Assembly: GCA_024400875.1 (NCBI GenBank)
Contig: JAKSMB010000003.1
Span: 83,381 to 147,380 of the forward strand
Reading direction: 5' to 3'
DNA length: 64,000 bases
Source of the DNA: Bacteroidales bacterium
GTDB lineage: Bacteria > Bacteroidota > Bacteroidia > Bacteroidales > WCHB1-69
The position numbers and the translations under genes are program-made. A model generated the notes under the pieces. The model made no database searches, had not been told where the DNA came from, and saw only the letters and a list, made by a program, of their open reading frames with translations. Positions 53,058-61,791 of this stretch are shown here, in pieces; the stretch's first letter is position 1, and every line of letters begins with the position of its first letter.

Positions 53058-53498
53058 TTAGAAGGGCAGGTCGCTGCTATCGTCGTTGGAAAAGGTATCC
53101 ATTGGCGTACTTGCAGGATACTCCGGCATTGTTTGTGCGGCAGGAGCTGTGTAGGCGGTGTGCTGAGGTTGAACGGCTGCAGGATTGAAGGTTGCGGGAC
53201 CTGGAACAGGTGTGCCGCCAGCAGGTGCAGCTTCGATTCTCCAAGCTCTTACGTCGGTATACCATTTTCCATTGAACTCTCTTGAACTCAGATCGAAGGA
53301 TACTTTGATGAGATCGCCAATGTTGAACTGGTTGAGCTGGTCGGTTTTGTCACCCCAAAGGTTACTGCATATCTTTTGTGGATATTGATCCAATGTTTCG
53401 ATGACAAATTCCTGTTTTTGCCAGTTGTTGCCGGTTTTGCTGGTGCCGGATTGCATATCTAATTTAGCGATGAGTTTACCTGTGATTTCTAAAGCCAT
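53058..53498 (-). CDS. DUF3127-family protein (OB-fold-like)
   Basis: MALEITGKLIAKLDMQSGTSKTGNNWQKQEFVIETLDQYPQKICSNLWGDKTDQL...FDLSSREFNGKWYTDVRAWRIE, followed by a Pro/Ala-rich acidic tail ending DDSSDLPF. Confidence 0.75.
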   Translation of the reverse strand: MALEITGKLIAKLDMQSGTSKTGNNWQKQEFVIETLDQYPQKICSNLWGDKTDQLNQFNIGDLIKVSFDLSSREFNGKWYTDVRAWRIEAAPAGGTPVPGPATFNPAAVQPQHTAYTAPAAQTMPEYPASTPMDTFSNDDSSDLPF

Positions 53499-53513
53499 AG
53501 TTGTTTTGTATAG

Positions 53514-54515
53514 TTAGTTTTTATTTTTTTTACCAAAGACTGTTACGTTGATATATTTGGATGGATTAGCTTTCAAATCTTTAAGTAGATTGTCTAAGCT
53601 TTCCACCGTTTTGTTAACATTGGAATAGAGAGAATCGTTCTTCATCAGCAGACCGGCACTACCTTCGCCACGTTCGATGCTGGCGGTAAGACTGTTGATG
53701 TTGGCAACGGCTTCTTGAGCGTCGGTAACCAAAGTGCGAATATTGCTTTGAGCTACGGAGTCGGAGATGTTGTTGATGTTGCTGATGATGGCTTCCAGTT
53801 GAGGAGCTGCATTGCTCAAGGTTGAACTCAACTTGTCGAGCTTGTGAACAATATTACCTACGCTTTGCTCATTGTTGGCGAGCATCTTGTTGAGATGTTG
53901 AGTGGAAGCCTCCAAGTTGATAAGTGTGTTCTTCAGCATGAGTGCTCCATTGTTAGGATCATTCAGAAGGAAGGCACTCTTAATAGACATGCCAATGGTG
54001 TCTACCGATGCCAATACACTGGATAATTGCGCTTTGAGGTCGTCGATGCCGTCAAACATGCCGGGTTGCAAACCGCAGGCGAGCGTGTCTTTACTGTGGG
54101 CCATACGGGAAGATTTACCCATAATGACATTGACGATCATTCCTCCGAGAACGTCTTTTTGAGCAACCTCAAAGTAACTGTCTTCGGGGATATCTACCTT
54201 TTCGGTAACCAATATTTCAGCACAAATGCGCACGGGGTCGCTGCTGAGCATGGATATCTTGCTTACTTTGCCGATAGGAAAACCGTTGATGGCCACTGTT
54301 GTGCTTTCGTGAAGTGCACCAACGTCGTCAAAGACTGCATAATAGTATGTTTTCTTTCCAAAAATGTTTAATCCTTTGAGAAAACTACATCCAAAATAAA
54401 AGATCACGATGGCAGCGATGCAAAAGATCGCTACCTTCATGCTTTTGATGTTTTTTTCGGAGTATTGTTTTTTATCTTTTTCTGTTGACATCCGCTTGGT
54501 TCTTGAAGGTTGCAA
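53514..54515 (-). CDS. MlaD/MCE-family protein
   Basis: TM anchor, then the MCE domain YYAVFDDVGALHESTTVAINGFPIGKVSKISML..., then a long helical C-terminal region. The exact start is uncertain; in-frame ATGs also lie at 54491 and 54440. Confidence 0.8.
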   Translation of the reverse strand: MQPSRTKRMSTEKDKKQYSEKNIKSMKVAIFCIAAIVIFYFGCSFLKGLNIFGKKTYYYAVFDDVGALHESTTVAINGFPIGKVSKISMLSSDPVRICAEILVTEKVDIPEDSYFEVAQKDVLGGMIVNVIMGKSSRMAHSKDTLACGLQPGMFDGIDDLKAQLSSVLASVDTIGMSIKSAFLLNDPNNGALMLKNTLINLEASTQHLNKMLANNEQSVGNIVHKLDKLSSTLSNAAPQLEAIISNINNISDSVAQSNIRTLVTDAQEAVANINSLTASIERGEGSAGLLMKNDSLYSNVNKTVESLDNLLKDLKANPSKYINVTVFGKKNKN

Positions 54516-54520
54516 AAGTA

Positions 54521-55771
54521 TTATTTTTTGAGCATTTTTCGAGCCTCTGGAACAGATATTTTTTCAGATCCGTTGAAAGCAATAAGGAATGCATCAGGGT
54601 GTTTCTCTTTCACAGCACTAAGTGTTTCAAGAGCAGCGCTGTAGTCCGTTTCAATGCCGGCGGTGTATTTCCATAACCCGTTTTCCTGATAAAAGTCGAC
54701 TTTGGGAAGACCTTGCAAACGCTTGTCGTTGGATGCTAACTTTACAGGAGAGGCAAGAAATTGAACTTTGAAGCAAACAGAAGATTGAATAACAGTGTTT
54801 GCGATGGCGGCTAGGGTCGTGTCGTTGCTGCGATGAATGGTGGGTGCCGCGGTGGTGTCTGTTTTTGCGGCGACTGCGGGCTGTACCGTTTCTTGAGGAG
54901 CAGCTTTCCCAACAGGAATGTGCTTGTGCGTGGAACCATTAACAACGGTCAGGTAATCCACGAAGGCATTGTAGATGGCGATGGCTTCACGATCTTGGTT
55001 GGCCAATTTGGCCAAATATTCCTCGTCTTTGGGGTTGGATAGAAAGCCCAATTCCACTAAAATACTCGGCATCGCTACTTTGTAAAGCACCCAGTAGCCA
55101 GCCTGCTTCACGCCGCGGTCGGTGAGGTTGGAGGCTGCAAGTAGGTTCTTCTGAACCTTCTCGGCCAAAGTGATAGATTTGCTAAGATATGCGGAAGAGT
55201 AGAGTGAAAATATGATGTTGGATTCGGGAGAAGTAGGGTTGAAACCATCATAGTTGTTCTGATAGTTCTTCTCCATCAACATCGCAGCATTTTCTTTACG
55301 GGCAACTGCCTGGTTGGCTTCGCTCTTTGCCAAACCCATCACGAAGGTTTCTACTCCGTTGCCAGCGTGGTTCTCCGACGCATTGCAGTGTATGGATATG
55401 AAAAGGTTGGCGTGGTTGCTGTTCGCAATCTCAGCACGTCGGTATAACTCTACAAAAACGTCGGTCTTTCGAGTGTAAATGACCTGCACTTCTGGACAAT
55501 TCTCACTGATCAGCTTGCCTAATTTCAAAGCAGTGTAGAGGTTGACGTCCTTCTCCTTTGTGATCGAACCTAAACATCCAGAGTCGCCACCACCGTGACC
55601 GGCGTCAATCACTACTTTGAAGGTCTTTGCATCGTTTTGGCCAATGACCGAAAAGCCGAAGAAGACCATCGTAATACACAATAATATATGTTTTTTCAAG
55701 TTCATAAATACCAAACTTTTTTTATATTTTTGCCGTTTTATTAAATCTGCAAAGGTAAAGTTATTGTTCAT
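54521..55771 (-). CDS. N-acetylmuramoyl-L-alanine amidase (Amidase_3) with a C-terminal SPOR domain
   Basis: VVIDAGHGGGDSGCLG...EKDVNL, ISIHCNA, and ILVELGFLSNPKDEEYL. The C-terminal part reads FKVQFLASPVKL...WKYTAGIETDYSAALETLSAVKEK (SPOR-like). ATG 55705 (MNLKKHILL...) is a plausible alternative start. Confidence 0.88.
   Translation of the reverse strand: MNNNFTFADLIKRQKYKKSLVFMNLKKHILLCITMVFFGFSVIGQNDAKTFKVVIDAGHGGGDSGCLGSITKEKDVNLYTALKLGKLISENCPEVQVIYTRKTDVFVELYRRAEIANSNHANLFISIHCNASENHAGNGVETFVMGLAKSEANQAVARKENAAMLMEKNYQNNYDGFNPTSPESNIIFSLYSSAYLSKSITLAEKVQKNLLAASNLTDRGVKQAGYWVLYKVAMPSILVELGFLSNPKDEEYLAKLANQDREAIAIYNAFVDYLTVVNGSTHKHIPVGKAAPQETVQPAVAAKTDTTAAPTIHRSNDTTLAAIANTVIQSSVCFKVQFLASPVKLASNDKRLQGLPKVDFYQENGLWKYTAGIETDYSAALETLSAVKEKHPDAFLIAFNGSEKISVPEARKMLKK
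55725..55732 (+). promoter_or_regulatory. -7 promoter box TATTTTTG for the lptD-like gene
   Basis: Matches TAnnTTTG, 43 nt upstream of the TTG at 55775. Confidence 0.45.
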
Positions 55772-55774
55772 ACT

Positions 55775-58429
55775 TTGATAGTGTTGTTAAAAAACTTATA
55801 CACAACTCGTTTTTCATATTTTCAGAGACTGAATTTGATATTGTTCTTCAGCCTCGTTGCCGTTGTGTGTAATGCTCAGCGACCGTGGAATGGTAAAACC
55901 GTCAATGCGCAGGGCGACACAGTGTCGATACCTATGCCAGTACAAGTGCCCGACTCCCTTCGAAACAATCCACTGTTGGAAGATTCTCTTTCCAATAACG
56001 AAAAGAAAGGTAAGGTTATTTCACCCAACGCCATTACATCTATCGTTACTTATAGCGCCAAGGATTCTACCGTTAACGATATGGAACACCGTCTGACCTA
56101 TCTTTTTGGTGACGCAGTCGTTCATTACGAAGATATGGAGTTGCACGCAGACTATATCGTTATCGATTTTAAAAACAATGAGTTGTATGCCTCTGGTGTG
56201 GCCGACTCCAATGGTCGTGTTCATGGAGACCCTGTGTTTGTGCAGGGCGAGGATAACTATCGCGCCCAAGAGATAAAGTATAACTTTACAACGCAGAAGG
56301 GGAAGATTACAAACGTGATCACAACGCAGGACGAAGGCTTTATTCATGGTGAACAGGTGAAGAAGATGGGCGATAACGTGGCTTTCCTGAAAAACGGTAA
56401 ATATACTACGTGCGAACTGGATGATCCTCATTATCAGATCTCTTTTACAAAAGCAAAACTCATTCAACACGATAAGATTGTGATTGGTCCGGCGTGCTTG
56501 AGTTTCTCCGGCGTACCTACACCGCTGGTGCTGCCCTTTGGCTTCTTCCCGCTGGAAAAGGGTAGGACGTCTGGATTGGTGATGCCCTCTTTTGGCGAAA
56601 ACTCACGCTTAGGTTTCTATTTCCAAGACTTTGGATACTATTTCGCAATCAACGATAACCTCGATCTGCTGCTGGGCGCTGATCTCTACACCCGTGGCAG
56701 CTGGGCGGTGAAGGCGAAGTCCAACTACGTCTATCGATATAAATGCAAGGGTAATGTTGAACTGGGCTTCCATCAGACGAGAATGGGCGAACGCCTCGAC
56801 TCATCTTACCGAGTGACAAACGATTATAAGATCTTCTGGGACCATAAGCAGGATATGAAATCACATCCTACTACACGCTTCAATGCACACGTCGACATTG
56901 TGAGTGCCAACTATTCTCGCAATAACCTTACCAATGCAAATGATTACCTCTCCAATCAGTTTACATCCACGGTGAATGTGTCGACCTCGGCTAAAGATTT
57001 CTTTTATGTAGATGCAACTTTGTCATATTCTCAAAACACTGGTTTGCACACCGTTGACTTTAAGTTGCCAGATGTGAGTATGTCCGTCATTCAGTTCTAT
57101 CCTTTCAGAAAGAAAAACAAGGTAGGACGCCTGAGGTGGTATGATAATATCTCGATGAAATGGAGTTCGCAGCTGACCGGTCGTGTCAGCACGATGGACT
57201 CTTTATTCCTGAAACCACAAACCTGGGAAAACATCGATTATGGTATGATGCATACTATCCCGTTGACGATCCCTATAAAGATTGCAAAGCTAATCAACTG
57301 GAATACAGCAGTTACATTGGTGGAGAAATGGTACTTGCAATCCTATACCCGCGATATGACTATTCCGGATCCGGAGGCGGGAACTGCGCAGCTGAATCAA
57401 TATTTCCATCGGGGATTTAATGCTCTGCACGATTTGAGCCTGTCCTCCTCCTTGACAACTAAGGTGTATGTGATGTATGCGTTCAAAAAAGGCGGTCTGC
57501 AGGCTTTGCGTCACGTAATAACTCCCAATTTGAATTTTACCTATCGTCCTAATATATCGGGTGTTACAAGAGATACATATTTCAATCCGATTACAGGACA
57601 GGAAGTGGAATATTCTAGATATGATAATGCTATCTTTGGTACGGTTTCCTCGAATACGCAGGCGTTGGCGCAGTTGACGTTCGGCAACAATGTGGAAATC
57701 AAGGTGCGCTCAAAAAGAGATACACTGACGGGTGTTAAGAAGATACCCATCATTGATAATCTTAATGTGTCAATGAATTACAACTTTGCCGCCGATTCGT
57801 TGAATCTTTCTAAACTTACTTTGTCGGGTAGAAGTACGCTGTTTAAACAACTTTACATTACATATAATTTTGCGTTCGATCCTTACGTGATAGGACCGTC
57901 GGGTAAGTCTATCAATAAGTTTGAATGGAACGAAAATCATCGCCTCTTCCGTTTGTCATCCACAGGAGTGAGTCTGGCTTTGAACCTGCGCCTGGATCAG
58001 AACACTTTCAAGAATATGAAGAAGAATGTAGGTAGGACAGAGGAAAGGAAGTCGAAGGAAACACAGCCGTGGTCGGTTACGTTGAACTACACGTTCTCTT
58101 ATGGTATAAATGATAATATATACTATTATATGTTACTAGATACTGCAAAGTATACCAACAATATGGTGCATACGGTCAATTTCATAGGAGATGTGTATGT
58201 GACGAAGAAGTGGAAAGTGGGCGTTACAACAGGTTATGACTTTGTACAGAAAGACTTTTCTTACACCTCTATAGATATCTATAGAGATATGCACTGCTGG
58301 GAAATGAGTTTCAATTGGATACCGTTTGGGTATCGTAAAGGCTGGAGTTTCACCATCAATGTGAAGGCAAGTGTGCTCAAGGATGTGCTCAAGTATAACA
58401 AGATAAACGATTACCGTGATAATTGGTAA
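55775..58429 (+). CDS. lptD: Putative LPS-assembly protein LptD (OstA-like N-terminal domain plus a large beta-barrel)
   Basis: OstA-like VTYSAKDSTVNDMEHRLTYLFGDAVVHYEDMELHADYIVIDFKNNELYASG, GKYTTCELDDPHY, and a long beta-rich C-terminal region. No in-frame ATG lies near the N-terminus, so the start is a TTG (55775 or a downstream TTG) and is uncertain. Confidence 0.7.
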   Translation: MIVLLKNLYTTRFSYFQRLNLILFFSLVAVVCNAQRPWNGKTVNAQGDTVSIPMPVQVPDSLRNNPLLEDSLSNNEKKGKVISPNAITSIVTYSAKDSTVNDMEHRLTYLFGDAVVHYEDMELHADYIVIDFKNNELYASGVADSNGRVHGDPVFVQGEDNYRAQEIKYNFTTQKGKITNVITTQDEGFIHGEQVKKMGDNVAFLKNGKYTTCELDDPHYQISFTKAKLIQHDKIVIGPACLSFSGVPTPLVLPFGFFPLEKGRTSGLVMPSFGENSRLGFYFQDFGYYFAINDNLDLLLGADLYTRGSWAVKAKSNYVYRYKCKGNVELGFHQTRMGERLDSSYRVTNDYKIFWDHKQDMKSHPTTRFNAHVDIVSANYSRNNLTNANDYLSNQFTSTVNVSTSAKDFFYVDATLSYSQNTGLHTVDFKLPDVSMSVIQFYPFRKKNKVGRLRWYDNISMKWSSQLTGRVSTMDSLFLKPQTWENIDYGMMHTIPLTIPIKIAKLINWNTAVTLVEKWYLQSYTRDMTIPDPEAGTAQLNQYFHRGFNALHDLSLSSSLTTKVYVMYAFKKGGLQALRHVITPNLNFTYRPNISGVTRDTYFNPITGQEVEYSRYDNAIFGTVSSNTQALAQLTFGNNVEIKVRSKRDTLTGVKKIPIIDNLNVSMNYNFAADSLNLSKLTLSGRSTLFKQLYITYNFAFDPYVIGPSGKSINKFEWNENHRLFRLSSTGVSLALNLRLDQNTFKNMKKNVGRTEERKSKETQPWSVTLNYTFSYGINDNIYYYMLLDTAKYTNNMVHTVNFIGDVYVTKKWKVGVTTGYDFVQKDFSYTSIDIYRDMHCWEMSFNWIPFGYRKGWSFTINVKASVLKDVLKYNKINDYRDNW

Positions 58430-58514
58430 ACGTTGCTGAATTATATGTATGGGCGTCAAAAACGACTGTTAGAAAAAAACTTACATTTGTTTTTGCGTCA
58501 TACGACAATTTTTT

Positions 58515-58522
58515 TATATTTG
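58515..58522 (+). promoter_or_regulatory. -7 promoter box TATATTTG upstream of secDF
   Basis: Matches TAnnTTTG, about 60 nt upstream of the ATG at 58584. Confidence 0.5.
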
Positions 58523-58583
58523 CAACCTTGAAATTTTTATGCAGAAAATTATATAAATATTTAAAAATCAAATAATTAAAAAG

Positions 58584-61500
58584 ATGAAAAACAAAGGACT
58601 TATTTTATTTTTCACCGTACTCTTAGCATTGGTGTGCCTTTATTGTTTGTCTTTTTCATTCGCTACTTGGCGTGTGGAGAAAAAGGCTGCACAATTTGCT
58701 AATGATCCAACCGCTTTGGAAGAGGTGAGAAAAGAAGCTCACGGTGACGTTATGTTGGAGAAGCATCTTGTTGATTCAATGATTGATGCAAGAACGCTTC
58801 AATATCTTACCAACATGAATGACTCCACAGTTTTCTTGGGTAGCACTTACAAGAAATGTAAGTACAAAGAATTGAACTTAGGTTTGGACTTGAAGGGTGG
58901 TATGAACGTAACCCTCGAAATCTCAATGCCTGATGTTGTTCAAAGTTTGGCTACCAACAAGGAAGATAACTTGTTCAAGACTACATTCGAAAAATCAGAA
59001 AAAGAATATGCGAATGCCACTAATGGCGATTTCATTGATATTTTCGTAAAGAACTTCAACAGCCAAAAGAGCGCTTTGAAGTTGAACAACGCAAACTTGC
59101 GTACTTATTTCGGCGAACGTTCCGGTATCAAGAATGCTTCTGATCAACAAATCATCTCTTGGATGAAGAAAGAATCTGGCGAGATCGTTGATCGTACTTT
59201 CAAGATTCTCCGTACTCGTATCGACCGTTTCGGCGTTGCTCAACCTAACTTGCAAATGTTGCAAGGTGGTCGTATCCTCGTTGAACTTCCTGGTATTAAG
59301 GAACCAGAACGTGTTACTGACCTTTTGAAGAGCACTGCTAAATTGGAATTCTGGGAAGTATACGGTGATGTTGTAGGTGGTAAATTCATCCAACAACGTT
59401 TCATCGAAGCTGATGCACAATTGGCTGAACAATTGAAGAATAAGAAAACTGTTGAAGAAACTGAAGCTCCTAAGGCTGATTCTACTTTGGTAACTAACGA
59501 CAGCACTGCAGTTGACGCTTTGGCTGCTGCTGATGCAAAGGCTGCCATCGATGAAGATGAAGACGAAGAAGAAGCAGAAGTTGATGCTACTGCTGGCGCT
59601 ATTATGAGCAAGGCTGTAGCTATCCCTGGCGGTTATGTGATCGGTTACTTTAAAGAAGCTGACATGCCAGCCATCAACAAGATGCTCCCTGAACTTCAAC
59701 GCATCTTGGGTGACAATAGCGTAGTATTCTATTGGGGTGCTGCTGAAAAAGAATTCGGCAACGCTTTCCCATTGTATCCATTGAAAAAGAAAAATGATCG
59801 CATTGGACCATTGTTGAGCTCTGAAACAATCGGTGGCGCACGCGTTGTACGTAGCGCACGTCAAGACGTTGACCAAAACAACCGCGTTGTTGTTAACATG
59901 TCAATGGAAGACCAAGCTGCTGATGAATGGCGTAAACTTACCAAGGAAGCTGCAGAAAAGGGTGCCGCTAACGGCCGTCCTACTTGCGTTGCTATCGTTC
60001 TTGATGAATTCGTTTACTCAGCTCCTACAGTTAAAAATGAAATCCCTAACGGTAACTCCGAAATTTCTGGTAGCTTCACTATCGAAGAAGCTAAGGACTT
60101 GGCAACCGTTTTGAACTCTGGTAACCTCGAAGCTCGCGTGAATATCGTTCAATCTGAAGTTGTAGGTCCTACATTGGGTAAGGAATCTATTCGTTCAGGT
60201 TTGCTTTCATTCCTCGCTGCGTTCATCATCGTTATCCTTTATATGTTCTTCTACTACAGCCGTGCTGGTCTCGTTGCTGACCTCGCATTGTTGTCAAACG
60301 TATTCTTCATCGTAGGTGTTCTTTCATCTATGGGCGCAGTTCTTACATTGCCTGGTATCGCTGGTATCGTACTTACATTGGGTATGGCTGTCGATGCTAA
60401 CGTAATTATTTACGAACGTGTTCGCGAAGAAGTTCGCGCAGGTAAAGGTATCCGCGTGGCTATCGACGAAGGTTTCAAACATTCTTACTCCGCTATCATC
60501 GACGGTAACGTAACTACTTTGATTACCGCTATCGTTCTTTATATCTTCGGTTCCGGTCCTATCCAAGGTTTCGCTACTACATTGATCATCGGTATTCTTT
60601 CTTCTCTCTTTACTGCTATTCTTCTCTCTCGTCTTATCATTGAAAGACGTCTTAAGAAAGGTAAAACTATCGAAGTCGGTACCGCTGTTACTCTTCACGC
60701 TTTCGAAAACACTGCTATCAACTTCCTCGGAAAGAGAAAAGTGTTCTATACCATCTCTTGCGCTTTGATCGTTATCTCTGCAATTTCTTTCTGCACATTG
60801 AAACTGCAACCAGGTATCGACTTTACAGGTGGTCGTTGCTATGTAGTACGTTTCGATAAGGATGTTACAACTAAGGAAGTTCGTTCTGCTGTTGCTAAAG
60901 AATTCGGTGGCAACCCTGAAGTAAAGACCTTCGGTGGTAACGACCAAATCCGTATCATCACCAACTATAAGATCGACAGCAATGATCCTGCTGATGATGC
61001 AGAATGTCAAGCTAAGTTGTACAAATCCTTGAAGGGATTCTACAACAAACAAGACCTCTCTGAATACGACTTTACTCATTTGACCAACGATGTTCGTGGT
61101 ATCCAATCATCACAAAAGATTCAACCTACCATCGCAAGAGAATTGCTCAGAAATGCTGTATGGGCTGTACTCGCTTCCTTGGTATTGATCTTCATCTACA
61201 TCGCTCTCCGATTCAGAAACTGGCAATTCGGTATCGCTGGTGTTGCTGCTTTGTTCCACGACTCCTTCTTGACAATCGGTATGTTCTCCTTGTTCTACAA
61301 GTTTATGCCGTTCTCAATGGAAATCGACCAGAACTTCATCGCAGCTATCCTGACGGTGATCGGTTACTCTATCAACAACGTTGTGGTTATTATGGACCGT
61401 GTTCGTGAGAACTTGGCTCTCTATCCAAAACGCGACAATTACGAAAACTTCAATACCGCTATCAATAGCACAATGGGTCGTAGCGTTAACACCGCCTTGA

Positions 61501-61691
61501 CCACCATCGTTACCTTGTTGGTGATCTTCATCTTCGGTGGCGAAGTTATCCGCGGTTTCGTATTCGCAATGTTGATCGGTATCATCTTCGGTACTTACTC
61601 CGGTATCTTGGTTGCTAACCCATTGGCATACGACCTCTTCCGCATCAGAGGTGGTAAAGTTACCCGCGTAAAAACTGACGTTAAGAAATAG
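58584..61691 (+). CDS. secDF: Protein translocase subunit SecDF (fused)
   Basis: The SecD part includes LGLDLKGGMNVTLE, RIDRFGVAQPNLQ and VGPTLGKESI, plus a TM bundle. The SecF part includes GIDFTGG...FGGNDQIRI and a second TM bundle. Total length 1035 aa. Confidence 0.93.
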   Translation: MKNKGLILFFTVLLALVCLYCLSFSFATWRVEKKAAQFANDPTALEEVRKEAHGDVMLEKHLVDSMIDARTLQYLTNMNDSTVFLGSTYKKCKYKELNLGLDLKGGMNVTLEISMPDVVQSLATNKEDNLFKTTFEKSEKEYANATNGDFIDIFVKNFNSQKSALKLNNANLRTYFGERSGIKNASDQQIISWMKKESGEIVDRTFKILRTRIDRFGVAQPNLQMLQGGRILVELPGIKEPERVTDLLKSTAKLEFWEVYGDVVGGKFIQQRFIEADAQLAEQLKNKKTVEETEAPKADSTLVTNDSTAVDALAAADAKAAIDEDEDEEEAEVDATAGAIMSKAVAIPGGYVIGYFKEADMPAINKMLPELQRILGDNSVVFYWGAAEKEFGNAFPLYPLKKKNDRIGPLLSSETIGGARVVRSARQDVDQNNRVVVNMSMEDQAADEWRKLTKEAAEKGAANGRPTCVAIVLDEFVYSAPTVKNEIPNGNSEISGSFTIEEAKDLATVLNSGNLEARVNIVQSEVVGPTLGKESIRSGLLSFLAAFIIVILYMFFYYSRAGLVADLALLSNVFFIVGVLSSMGAVLTLPGIAGIVLTLGMAVDANVIIYERVREEVRAGKGIRVAIDEGFKHSYSAIIDGNVTTLITAIVLYIFGSGPIQGFATTLIIGILSSLFTAILLSRLIIERRLKKGKTIEVGTAVTLHAFENTAINFLGKRKVFYTISCALIVISAISFCTLKLQPGIDFTGGRCYVVRFDKDVTTKEVRSAVAKEFGGNPEVKTFGGNDQIRIITNYKIDSNDPADDAECQAKLYKSLKGFYNKQDLSEYDFTHLTNDVRGIQSSQKIQPTIARELLRNAVWAVLASLVLIFIYIALRFRNWQFGIAGVAALFHDSFLTIGMFSLFYKFMPFSMEIDQNFIAAILTVIGYSINNVVVIMDRVRENLALYPKRDNYENFNTAINSTMGRSVNTALTTIVTLLVIFIFGGEVIRGFVFAMLIGIIFGTYSGILVANPLAYDLFRIRGGKVTRVKTDVKK

Positions 61692-61715
61692 TTATCAACA
61701 CTATATAAAAAATGA

Positions 61716-61747
61716 AATGGGGTAGTGAAAACTATCCCATTTTTTTA
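61716..61747 (+). terminator. Probable terminator after secDF
   Basis: Imperfect hairpin aatggggtag-tgaaaa-ctatcccat followed by T6. Confidence 0.55.
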
Positions 61748-61791
61748 TTATTTTAGCGCTCTCGTTTTTATAAGGTAAAATATTTCTAATT

